Made by a program: the position numbers and the translations under genes. From an uncultured virus (IMG/VR IMGVR_UViG_3300020057_000040) (lineage: Duplodnaviria > Heunggongvirae > Uroviricota > Caudoviricetes): DNA of 20,000 nt. Positions 1 through 7,325 of this stretch are shown here, one piece after another (position 1 is the stretch's first letter; each line of letters opens with the position of its first letter). The stretch is from the IMG/VR virus record IMGVR_UViG_3300020057_000040; one strand, 5' to 3'. A model generated the notes under the pieces. The model did not search any database, had not been told where the DNA came from, and saw only the letters and a list, made by a program, of their open reading frames with translations.

Positions 1-418
1 GCAACACATTGATAGAAGCCGAATGATAATTAATATAATTCAAGCTAAAGGAAACAAAGATAGGCAAGTCGGATTAAATGATAAATTGATTAAGTTGTTA
101 GAGGATTATTATAAAGAATATAAACCAAAAGAATATATTTTGAACGGACAGTTTCCTGATAAGCAACTTAAATATTCTGATAGAAGTGTTGGAGAAGTTA
201 TCAAACAATTAGCTAAAAAATCAGGGATAACTAAAGGTGTTCACACACATTTAATTAGACATTGTTCTGCAACACACATGGTAGAATCGGGTGTTGATAT
301 TAATTTAATTCAAAAACTTTTAGGTCATGGGTCTGTTAAGACTACTAATATTTATTTACATATTTCGCATAATCACATCTCTAAAATACAATCTCTATTA
401 CAAAAAATTAGTTTATAG
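1..418 (+). CDS. Tyrosine recombinase/integrase, C-terminal catalytic part (5' truncated by window edge)
   Basis: Frame is open from base 2 (QHIDRSRMIINIIQAKGNKDRQV). Catalytic motifs: KGxKxR, HLIRH (H-x-x-R) and LLGH...TTNIY (catalytic Tyr). Confidence 0.93.
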   Translation, partial: QHIDRSRMIINIIQAKGNKDRQVGLNDKLIKLLEDYYKEYKPKEYILNGQFPDKQLKYSDRSVGEVIKQLAKKSGITKGVHTHLIRHCSATHMVESGVDINLIQKLLGHGSVKTTNIYLHISHNHISKIQSLLQKISL

Positions 419-422
419 AAAT

Positions 423-1625
423 ATGAAAAAAATAAAAATAATTGTTGGCTTAAATTTTGGTGATGAAGGAAAAGGATTAACAGTATCGTATCTTTGTAAC
501 CAATCTAAAAACCCTTTAGTAATTCGTTTCTCAGGTGGACAACAAGCAGGTCATACAGTTGTTCACGAAGGAAATCGTCATGTGTTCTCAAATTTCGGTA
601 GCGGTACAATGCAAGGTCATCCGACTTATTGGAGTGAGTATTGCACTTTCAGTCCGCTCGGTGTTTTGAATGAACACAACGCCTTGAAAAAAATAAAAGG
701 TTTAGAACCTAAATTATTTGTTCATCCTTTATGTCCCGTTACTACACCTTATGACCGTGTGTTTAATTGTCAGTTGGAAAAATCAAATCAACACGGCTCT
801 TGCGGTGTCGGTGTAGGTTCAACAATCCAAAGGCAAGAAGATTATTATAAACTTTTTGTTCAGGATTTATTTCACGAAAACGTATTAATTCAAAAATTGC
901 AAAATATAAAAAATTATTATGCAAAGAAACTTGCTATTTCAAACCCATACATTGATGAAAAAATGGGTGTGAATATGGATGATTTTATTCACATAGTTAA
1001 TGAAGTGAAAAAAATTATTACTGTTGATAATGGTAGTGAACTTTTATCACAGAATGGTTACGATTTAATTTTTGAAGGTTCACAAGGAATTTTGCTTGAC
1101 CAAGATTTCGGTTTCTTTCCTAATGTAACACGTAGTAATACCACTTCAAAAAATGCTCTTTCGATTATCAATAACGATAAATATTTAAGCATGATAAATA
1201 AAAGTGATATTGAAATTTATTATATCACTCGTTCTTATCAAACCCGTCACGGTAACGGTTATATGAGTAACGAAAATTTATTCGGTGAATTGAATTTAAA
1301 AAATAACGAACTCGAAACAAACGTAACAAACGAATGGCAGGGTAATTTCAGAAAATCTGTTTTGGATATAGATTTATTGAAGTACGCTTTTCAATGCGAT
1401 TCAAATTTCTCTCATGGTATAACAAAACATTTAGTTGTAACTTGTGTTGACCAAACGGGAGATATTATTCCTGTAACTATTAATAACGGTGATAATAATA
1501 TTTTATATAATATTCATATCGAAGAATTACCAACCCGTTTACCTGTAAATTTTAAAAATGTTTATATCAGTCGTGGAGATACAACCGATAAGATGTCAGT
1601 TATTTATTTAAATAATCATATATGA
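423..1625 (+). CDS. purA: Adenylosuccinate synthetase-like protein (PurA family)
   Basis: ATG at 423 gives MKKIKIIVGLNFGDEGKG; also RFSGGQQAGHTV, HGSCGVGVG, FEGSQGILLD, FPNVTRSNT and TNVTNEWQGNFR. The ORF-track start at 327 overlaps the integrase and is unlikely. Confidence 0.88.
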   Translation: MKKIKIIVGLNFGDEGKGLTVSYLCNQSKNPLVIRFSGGQQAGHTVVHEGNRHVFSNFGSGTMQGHPTYWSEYCTFSPLGVLNEHNALKKIKGLEPKLFVHPLCPVTTPYDRVFNCQLEKSNQHGSCGVGVGSTIQRQEDYYKLFVQDLFHENVLIQKLQNIKNYYAKKLAISNPYIDEKMGVNMDDFIHIVNEVKKIITVDNGSELLSQNGYDLIFEGSQGILLDQDFGFFPNVTRSNTTSKNALSIINNDKYLSMINKSDIEIYYITRSYQTRHGNGYMSNENLFGELNLKNNELETNVTNEWQGNFRKSVLDIDLLKYAFQCDSNFSHGITKHLVVTCVDQTGDIIPVTINNGDNNILYNIHIEELPTRLPVNFKNVYISRGDTTDKMSVIYLNNHI

Positions 1626-1849
1626 AAAAAAGGTACGCAATATATTTTGAAGGTGTTTTTGAAATCGGTTATGTTAAAGCATCATTATTAAAAAAATCAA
1701 AAAGTATAAAAATTAATACTATTGATGAATCAAAAAAAATTGCAACAAAATTTAATTCAAAATTTATAGCAAATTTATTTTGTAAAATGTGTAATTGGAT
1801 TAGCGAAACTAATTGTGATTTAAGAACTTATAAGGTGGTTGAATTGTGA
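1622..1849 (+). CDS. Hypothetical protein (75 aa)
   Basis: ORF whose ATG overlaps the purA-like stop (ATGA), suggesting translational coupling. Confidence 0.6.
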   Translation: MKKRYAIYFEGVFEIGYVKASLLKKSKSIKINTIDESKKIATKFNSKFIANLFCKMCNWISETNCDLRTYKVVEL

Positions 1850-1859
1850 ATATTACTAC

Positions 1860-2435
1860 CTACCTACCGTAAACCACAGTCATATTAACTACCGTGTTAG
1901 GGTTAATGCTGTATTTTAAAAAGCACTCACCGTTTATTATCATGTTATCAGGATTAACGGTTGTGATTCCACTTTGAAATTGCATTGTACTTACTCTTGG
2001 ATACCAAAATTCTTCCTGTAATTGTCCCGTAGCATCTTTGCAGATTTTAGTGATTACATTTTGTGATTGACCCGCATTAGTATTAAATGAGATACTGATA
2101 ATCTTTTTAGGCTCTGTGGCGAGAGTTCTATTGAAAAATGGCATAGATACAGGGGATGATACTCCAACATTAGGATTGCCTATACCTGCACCTAAAGTCC
2201 ATGCTTTAAATAAATTTATAATTTGGTTTTGTGATGTATTGTTTGTGAATGTGAATTGAATTGTGTTAAGTTCAAGATTACCGTTACCATCAACTCCTGT
2301 TTTATTTTCTTTATCCTTTTCTTTTTCAGTTATTTGCTTCTTTTGAAAATCACTAAGTTTTTTTAATCCATAAATTAACCCAATAGTTATTCCTATTGCT
2401 GTAATTGGTTTCCAATGTTTTTTTAAAAAATTCAT
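1860..2435 (-). CDS. Hypothetical protein with N-terminal membrane anchor
   Basis: 191-aa ORF with hydrophobic segment PITAIGITIGLIYGL followed by a Lys-rich stretch; start overlaps the stop of the upstream ORF. Confidence 0.7.
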   Translation of the reverse strand: MNFLKKHWKPITAIGITIGLIYGLKKLSDFQKKQITEKEKDKENKTGVDGNGNLELNTIQFTFTNNTSQNQIINLFKAWTLGAGIGNPNVGVSSPVSMPFFNRTLATEPKKIISISFNTNAGQSQNVITKICKDATGQLQEEFWYPRVSTMQFQSGITTVNPDNMIINGECFLKYSINPNTVVNMTVVYGR

Positions 2436-2695
2436 TTTTGTTTGTATTCAAGTTTTAGACTTAATTCATTTATATCTAAAATATTATCTCTCAATTTTAA
2501 TATCAATTTAAGTTGATTTAATTTTGCTTCGTTTAATTTCTGAATTTGATTGTGATTATTTGGATTTAGTACGGCAGTAATTTCACATAACTGATATTGT
2601 TCACTAATTTCTTTTAATTTATCTAATAAATATTTATCATTTAATGAAATAGCTATTATTTGAATTTGTAATAGTTTTTGTTCGTTGTTTGACAT
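2432..2695 (-). CDS. Hypothetical protein (87 aa, helical/coiled-coil-like)
   Basis: ORF whose stop overlaps the start of 1860..2435. Confidence 0.6.
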   Translation of the reverse strand: MSNNEQKLLQIQIIAISLNDKYLLDKLKEISEQYQLCEITAVLNPNNHNQIQKLNEAKLNQLKLILKLRDNILDINELSLKLEYKQK

Positions 2696-2715
2696 TTTTT
2701 TATTTTAAGTGATTT

Positions 2716-2755
2716 AAAAAAAAGCAGAATAAATTTCTCTAATCTGCCTTTTTTT
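2716..2755 (-). terminator. Intrinsic terminator after the 324-aa ORF (possibly bidirectional)
   Basis: Minus strand reads GCAGA-T-TAGA-GAAA-TTTA-T-TCTGC followed by T8; the + strand also has a T-tract after the stem. Confidence 0.6.
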
Positions 2756-2770
2756 ATTTTTAGTTAGTTA

Positions 2771-3745
2771 TTAAGATATTTTTTCAATTGTCATGTGTGA
2801 TGATATTGCGTGAGTACCTGAACCACCTGCTGCTATTGTTAATGCCGTTGGGTTTCCAATAGCATTTGCAATCCTTACTAATTGATTCGGTATAGTTGTA
2901 GTTACATAAGCTGAACCAATTATTTGACTTGCTCCAACAGCACGACCAAATAATGTTGAATCAGATGTAGGAACAAAAGATGCCCAAGTTATTCCATTAT
3001 CAACTGATGTTTCAATGTTTAATTGTCCCGCTTCTGCAATATTACTAATATTGAATCCAATTTTGTATGTGCCTACTGTTGTAATTTGAACACTATCTTT
3101 TCTAACTGTCGGTTGAGTGAAAACACCACCTGAATTAATTGTAAATCTTGGGAAAGGAATACCTTGATTGATAATACCTGTTGATACAGGAATTGTAGCA
3201 GCGTAATCATCAGCCCCACCATTCCCTGTTCCTGCCGTCAATCCAAAGAAATCAGCAATAGCACTTGAACCACCACCGAAAGTAATATTAGTTCTTTTGT
3301 TTTCGGGGTCATTTGTAACCGTAGCACCAATGAAATTTAAATTTGGTTGTTGAGGTAAGGCAGTACCACCACTCTGAACACCAACACCACCACCACCACT
3401 ACCTGCGATATTTGTTACTAATTCCCAATCGTTATCTCCAACAGGAACGATAGTTCCAATAATTCCGTTTGAAGATAATACTACTGTTGCGCTTCCACTA
3501 ATTTTATCACCATCTTGTGCGATAATAGTAATGTTGTTTGTACCTGACATACTGTAAACGTCAACGAATCTTATCCCGCTATAAGCAGAAAAAGAACCGT
3601 ATTGTCCTGCAATATATTTGTAAAGAGTTTCAAGTTTTGGTAATTGCAGACTAACTGCTCCTGTTCTCGTATCAATGTTTAGCTTGAACTCAGATAATGA
3701 CATCTCGTTAAAACCCGCTCCAATTGTTCTTGTTATATTGTCCAT
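2771..3745 (-). CDS. Gly/Thr-rich putative virion structural or fibre-like protein
   Basis: 324 aa with beta-rich composition, GSGGGG linkers and an LNFIGATVTND segment typical of phage fibre-like proteins. Function inferred from composition only. Confidence 0.55.
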   Translation of the reverse strand: MDNITRTIGAGFNEMSLSEFKLNIDTRTGAVSLQLPKLETLYKYIAGQYGSFSAYSGIRFVDVYSMSGTNNITIIAQDGDKISGSATVVLSSNGIIGTIVPVGDNDWELVTNIAGSGGGGVGVQSGGTALPQQPNLNFIGATVTNDPENKRTNITFGGGSSAIADFFGLTAGTGNGGADDYAATIPVSTGIINQGIPFPRFTINSGGVFTQPTVRKDSVQITTVGTYKIGFNISNIAEAGQLNIETSVDNGITWASFVPTSDSTLFGRAVGASQIIGSAYVTTTIPNQLVRIANAIGNPTALTIAAGGSGTHAISSHMTIEKIS

Positions 3746-3932
3746 GTTTTATATATTTTTTAAATTATAATTATTTAATTTTAAGTATAATAAAGGTATC
3801 TTTTAAATCAATGTACACTAAAAGTTTATGTTTGAGTAAACTGACGTGTAATAACAGCAGATTAAACAATGTTAATGATAATTAATTAGACTGATTTTCA
3901 ATTACTTAAATATTATTTTTAAAATAAATTTT

Positions 3933-3960
3933 TTTGTTAGGAATTAATAATTTAGTTTTG
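3933..3960 (+). promoter_or_regulatory. Bacteroidota-type housekeeping promoter (-33 TTTG / -7 TAnnTTTG) driving the leader and tRNA array
   Basis: TTTG at 3933-3936 and TAGTTTTG at 3953-3960, 7 nt upstream of the leader ATG (3968). Confidence 0.6.
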
Positions 3961-3967
3961 TGTCATT

Positions 3968-4039
3968 ATGAAGAATTTGAGTTTACATAGTTTATCGTAT
4001 CTGTACCTGTTAAAAGGTTCGGGTGATTCTCTATTGTAA
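3968..4039 (+). CDS. Putative attenuator leader peptide MKNLSLHSLSYLYLLKGSGDSLL
   Basis: 23 codons, 16 of them Leu/Ser/His/Tyr, including 12 consecutive ones. These match the six downstream tRNAs. Followed by a terminator. Not in the ORF track because it is too short. Confidence 0.75.
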   Translation: MKNLSLHSLSYLYLLKGSGDSLL

Positions 4040-4072
4040 ACATTATGATATAAAAATAATTAACTTACACGG

Positions 4073-4110
4073 AAAACCCTGAACCTAAAAAGTTCGGGGT
4101 TTTTTGTTTT
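4073..4110 (+). terminator. Intrinsic terminator (attenuator) upstream of the tRNA array
   Basis: Stem AAAACCCTGAAC (4073-4084) / GTTCGGGGTTTT (4092-4103), 7-nt loop, then a U-tract. The 5' arm can alternatively pair with AGGTTCGGG (4015-4023). Confidence 0.85.
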
Positions 4111-4140
4111 GTACTAATTCGTTCTTTAAAAAAAATATAT

Positions 4141-4215
4141 GGTGTTATTAGCTCAGTTGGTTAGAGTGCCTGATTGTGGTTCAGGAGGTCGTGGGGTCGT
4201 AGCCCACATAATACC
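4141..4215 (+). tRNA. tRNA-His (GTG)
   Basis: G-1, acceptor GTGTTAT/ATAATAC, discriminator C; anticodon arm CCTGA-TT-GTG-GT-TCAGG; atypical T-loop GTCGTAG. Confidence 0.88.
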
Positions 4216-4220
4216 CAAAA

Positions 4221-4313
4221 GGAGAAGTACCCAAGTTGGTTAAGGGGGCAGTTTGCTAAACTGTTAGGTCGTGTAAAAACGATGCGTGAGTTCGAGCCTC
4301 ACTTTCTCCGCCA
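4221..4313 (+). tRNA. tRNA-Ser (GCT)
   Basis: Acceptor GGAGAAG/TTTCTCC; anticodon arm GCAGT-TT-GCT-AA-ACTGT; long variable arm; TTCGAG T-loop; encoded G73-CCA. Confidence 0.93.
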
Positions 4314-4346
4314 AGAGTAAAAATGTTCTTTGAAAATGAATTTATT

Positions 4347-4429
4347 GGAGGGATGCGACCAACGGTGGTCAACTGCGTTTGAAGCGCAGGGCGGTCTTTA
4401 CGGACAGGGTTCGATTCCTAATCTCTCCG
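4347..4429 (+). tRNA. tRNA-Ser (TGA), non-canonical fold with 8-bp acceptor stem and short T-stem
   Basis: GGAGGGAT/ATCTCTCC pairing (8 bp); anticodon arm CTGCG-TT-TGA-AG-CGCAG; long variable arm; GGG-TTCGATT-CCT T-arm; G discriminator. Confidence 0.75.
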
Positions 4430-4443
4430 CAAAAATTAAATAA

Positions 4444-4527
4444 GGGAGTTTATCCAAGTGGTCAACGGGGACAGACTGTAAATCTGTTGGCTTTATGCCT
4501 TCGTAGGTTCAAATCCTACAACTCCCA
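4444..4527 (+). tRNA. tRNA-Tyr (GTA)
   Basis: Acceptor GGGAGTT/AACTCCC; anticodon arm ACAGA-CT-GTA-AA-TCTGT; T-arm GTAGG-TTCAAAT-CCTAC. Confidence 0.93.
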
Positions 4528-4540
4528 CAAAAATAAATAT

Positions 4541-4627
4541 GCCGATATGGTGAAATTGGACAAAGACACAACAGACTTAAAATCTGTCGCCTTCAATGGC
4601 ATCCCGATTCGAGTTCGGGTATCGGTA
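4541..4627 (+). tRNA. tRNA-Leu (TAA)
   Basis: Acceptor GCCGATA/TATCGGT; anticodon arm ACAGA-CT-TAA-AA-TCTGT; T-arm CCCGA-TTCGAGT-TCGGG; long D-loop. Confidence 0.88.
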
Positions 4628-4641
4628 CAAAAAATAAATAT

Positions 4642-4727
4642 GCGGGTATGGCGAAACTGGCTGATACGCACCTGTTTTAGAAACAGACGCTTTAAATGGC
4701 ATAAGGGTTCGACTCCCTTTACCCGCA
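4642..4727 (+). tRNA. tRNA-Leu (TAG)
   Basis: Acceptor GCGGGTA/TACCCGC; anticodon loop TT-TAG-AA closed by CTGT/ACAG; T-arm AAGGG-TTCGACT-CCCTT. Confidence 0.88.
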
Positions 4728-4809
4728 CAAAATAAAAATAGGTAACTATATATCTATTGGGACAAGGTTTAAAATTTTTAAGCCGTTTTTGTAGGAAATA
4801 ACAAACATT

Positions 4810-5310
4810 TTATTTTTTCACATACTTTTCTTTGTATTCTTGTTTAAGTTCTTCTTCGAGTTCAAACATCTTATCCCACTCAGGTAATTTTCTTAAATCA
4901 TCACGGCTTCCATTATCCCATAAAAAATGTTGGTTATACGTAATTAATTTTATATTTGGTTCATATAACTTGAATAATGGGTATCTGTTTTCTGCCTTTG
5001 GTAATACGTGTGAAAAATTACTAACACTAAATTTATAAATTGGTTCACCGTTAATAAATGATATGTGTTCCTTCATACTCTCCCACATGGATTGCATGAG
5101 TTGTAATTCTCCTGTCGGTACTCTTTTATAAGTTATAGGACTTTTCTTTAACTGTTTATAAACTTTCTTTGGCTTATCCTTATTTTTTTCTATTAATTTC
5201 TTTCTTTTTTCACCTGCATAATGATAACCGCATAACGGTGGATTTCGTTTTGATAATCGTTTTACTTTATCGTCTGTACACATACTGCATACACCTTCCA
5301 TTATTATCAT
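4810..5310 (-). CDS. Putative HNH-like (NinG/Ref-like) nuclease-fold protein
   Basis: N-terminal CxxC...CxxH; C-terminal FSHVLPK...NIKLI...QHFLWD resembles a degenerate H-N-H motif. Confidence 0.5.
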   Translation of the reverse strand: MIIMEGVCSMCTDDKVKRLSKRNPPLCGYHYAGEKRKKLIEKNKDKPKKVYKQLKKSPITYKRVPTGELQLMQSMWESMKEHISFINGEPIYKFSVSNFSHVLPKAENRYPLFKLYEPNIKLITYNQHFLWDNGSRDDLRKLPEWDKMFELEEELKQEYKEKYVKK

Positions 5311-5325
5311 AACGATAATGTTATT

Positions 5326-5580
5326 TTAAATTTTACAGTAAATATTTTCTTTAATATCAGTAATTTTTAATTTTTCAATTATTTTCTCCATACTTTCAAT
5401 ACCCGTAGGTGCAAGTGTGAACCTTTCAACCTCAATTCCTTTATCGTTACAACAAAGTAAAGTCCAAACCATATTATTACCTAATGCAATTAATTTATAA
5501 CTACTGTATCGTTCCGTTTTTAATTCGTGTACCCTATCTTCAAACCAATCGGATACATCTACGGTTATTCTTATTTTCAT
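5326..5580 (-). CDS. Hypothetical protein (84 aa)
   Basis: ORF in a tightly packed minus-strand run. Confidence 0.6.
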   Translation of the reverse strand: MKIRITVDVSDWFEDRVHELKTERYSSYKLIALGNNMVWTLLCCNDKGIEVERFTLAPTGIESMEKIIEKLKITDIKENIYCKI

Positions 5581-5597
5581 AAAATATTTTATAATTT

Positions 5598-5930
5598 TTA
5601 ATTACTCCAATTGAATGTAAATGAATCTACTGTATTTAATTTTTTGAATTTATCACCGAATGTTTCTTTAGCATAATTTTCTAACTTATCATATAGTTCA
5701 TCATATTTTATTAATGTATCACTAACTGTTTTTACTGATTGCTTAGTATTCCTGTATGATAAACTTGATTGTACCCAACCTTTAAAGTAAGTATCTATGT
5801 AATCAAAGCAGCTATTCCTATTTAAAAAAACACCATGCCAAATAGAAACAACAATATCATCATCCAATATGTAAGCGACAGTATTCCATTCTTTAATGAA
5901 AACAATTTCTAATATTTTTTTTATATCCAT
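5598..5930 (-). CDS. Hypothetical protein (110 aa)
   Basis: ORF in a tightly packed minus-strand run. Confidence 0.6.
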   Translation of the reverse strand: MDIKKILEIVFIKEWNTVAYILDDDIVVSIWHGVFLNRNSCFDYIDTYFKGWVQSSLSYRNTKQSVKTVSDTLIKYDELYDKLENYAKETFGDKFKKLNTVDSFTFNWSN

Positions 5931-6063
5931 TATGATTAAATTTCAGTTTAAGCCTTTTTACCGAATATGACATTACTCTCAAATATATCTTTTTTTAAAT
6001 GATAACACTCATTTTTTATTACCCGAATAATAACATCTGCTAATAAATCGTTTTAGTTTTTAA

Positions 6064-6576
6064 TTAACTTCTTGTTGCAAATGGTGATTCGTTTTTTACC
6101 ATTCCGAAATTATAAATCTTATGTTTCTCAGCAATATCTGAAATTTCATCACGGGTCATTGTTTCTAATAATTGATTACGTGCGACACAAACAGTATCAA
6201 ACAAAATTAAGTTCGCCTGACCTTCCGTTAAGTTGTCTATGGTGTATTTCAAATAACGTTCAGGAGTAAATTCTTCATAGTAAATACCTGTAATTATAAT
6301 TTTTACTTTCCTTAGTTTATCCTTATCGGTTACTTTACCGAAAAAGTATTTATCAAATTTTTTACCTTGTTCTTTTTGTTCGGATTTTGGCATAATCTTT
6401 TGCAATCTGTTTCGGATGTTAATACATATCTCGTGGCATATAACCAATACATCAATGGTAGTTAATTCATTTCCTTTTTCTTCACCGTCAACAAATAGTA
6501 ACATCTTACGGTCAGGGTGTGGTACATCACAGAAGTCACCTGATATTTCTAATTTAAACGGCTTTAGTGTTTTCAT
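6064..6576 (-). CDS. Hypothetical protein with apparent internal duplication
   Basis: 170 aa; NELTTIDVLVICHEICINIRNRL...KYFFGKV resembles DNLTEGQANLILFDTVCVARNQL...IYNFGMV. Confidence 0.65.
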   Translation of the reverse strand: MKTLKPFKLEISGDFCDVPHPDRKMLLFVDGEEKGNELTTIDVLVICHEICINIRNRLQKIMPKSEQKEQGKKFDKYFFGKVTDKDKLRKVKIIITGIYYEEFTPERYLKYTIDNLTEGQANLILFDTVCVARNQLLETMTRDEISDIAEKHKIYNFGMVKNESPFATRS

Positions 6577-6585
6577 ATTTTGACA

Positions 6586-6747
6586 TTAAATCATAAATTC
6601 TTTTGCTAATTTACTACATAATGAAGTGAGTTCTTTTTCGCCTGAAATATTTTCAGTTGTTTTGTCATCAACTCTGCGGTATAATGCGTTTATTATAGCC
6701 GTTTTTTCTTTTTCATTAAAAATAAAATTGAATATAAATTTTCTCAT
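6586..6747 (-). CDS. Small hypothetical protein (53 aa), not in ORF track
   Basis: MRKFIFNFIFNEKEKTAIINALYRRVDDKTTENISGEKELTSLCSKLAKEFMI*; fills the gap between neighbouring genes and has an A-rich upstream region. Confidence 0.55.
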   Translation of the reverse strand: MRKFIFNFIFNEKEKTAIINALYRRVDDKTTENISGEKELTSLCSKLAKEFMI

Positions 6748-6845
6748 GTTAATTTTTTTTTTAAAACGTTAAACCAATCAGTAAATTTTTTATTTTGTAT
6801 TTTTTTTATGTTTGCAATTAAAATGTTTTGGTCTTACAGATTCCA

Positions 6846-7325
6846 TTATTTTTTTAGTTTATTATTAATAAAAACATATTCAGCGTGTGAAAGTGCTTGA
6901 TGGTATTTTTTAACCGACTTAATGAAACCAAAGAAAGCCATTTTGCTAACACCAACATATTCGTTACCATAATCCAAAGGTTCTCTTTCTGTTTTAGGAA
7001 ATATTTTTTCCGTGTTAGAATCCATAGAGTTTTTAAGCAACTCGTATTCGGCTGCATTTAAAGCAAAGTGATATTTATTCATAACAGATAATAAGTGTTT
7101 AAAACTATTACCTGAATCAAACTTCTTTTTGTAAATACCATCTTTAACTCTATTCCTAACAGGAAATATTTTTATTGATTCCATTGCTTCTGTAATTTTA
7201 TCAACTTTTTTTTCTACTGCTTCTGCCATCTTACGAAGCAACTCCAAAGTTTCAGGTGAACAATTGGGACTGACTGTTGCAACTGACTTTGAAGTTACCC
7301 GTATATGGCGGTGGTCATCAAACAT
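6846..7325 (-). CDS. Hypothetical protein with short internal repeat
   Basis: Start overlaps the NAMPT-like stop (TAATG); KYHFALNAAEY and KYHQALSHAEY repeat. Confidence 0.65.
   Translation of the reverse strand: MFDDHRHIRVTSKSVATVSPNCSPETLELLRKMAEAVEKKVDKITEAMESIKIFPVRNRVKDGIYKKKFDSGNSFKHLLSVMNKYHFALNAAEYELLKNSMDSNTEKIFPKTEREPLDYGNEYVGVSKMAFFGFIKSVKKYHQALSHAEYVFINNKLKK

Noticed and set aside
327..422. N-terminal extension of the PurA-like ORF
   Set aside because: It overlaps the integrase catalytic end; family homology starts at the ATG at 423.
423..1625. PurZ / 2-aminoadenine genome
   Set aside because: The motif is GDEGKG (PurA-type), not the Ser-containing PurZ version, and no DatZ/MazZ is recognisable nearby.
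4379..4735. ORFs 4379..4735 (+) and 4516..4728 (-)
   Set aside because: They overlap well-formed tRNA genes and are spurious translations.
6301..6310. TTTTACTTTC match to two array-C spacers (possible self-target)
   Set aside because: Only 10 nt of low-complexity AT-rich sequence; expected by chance.
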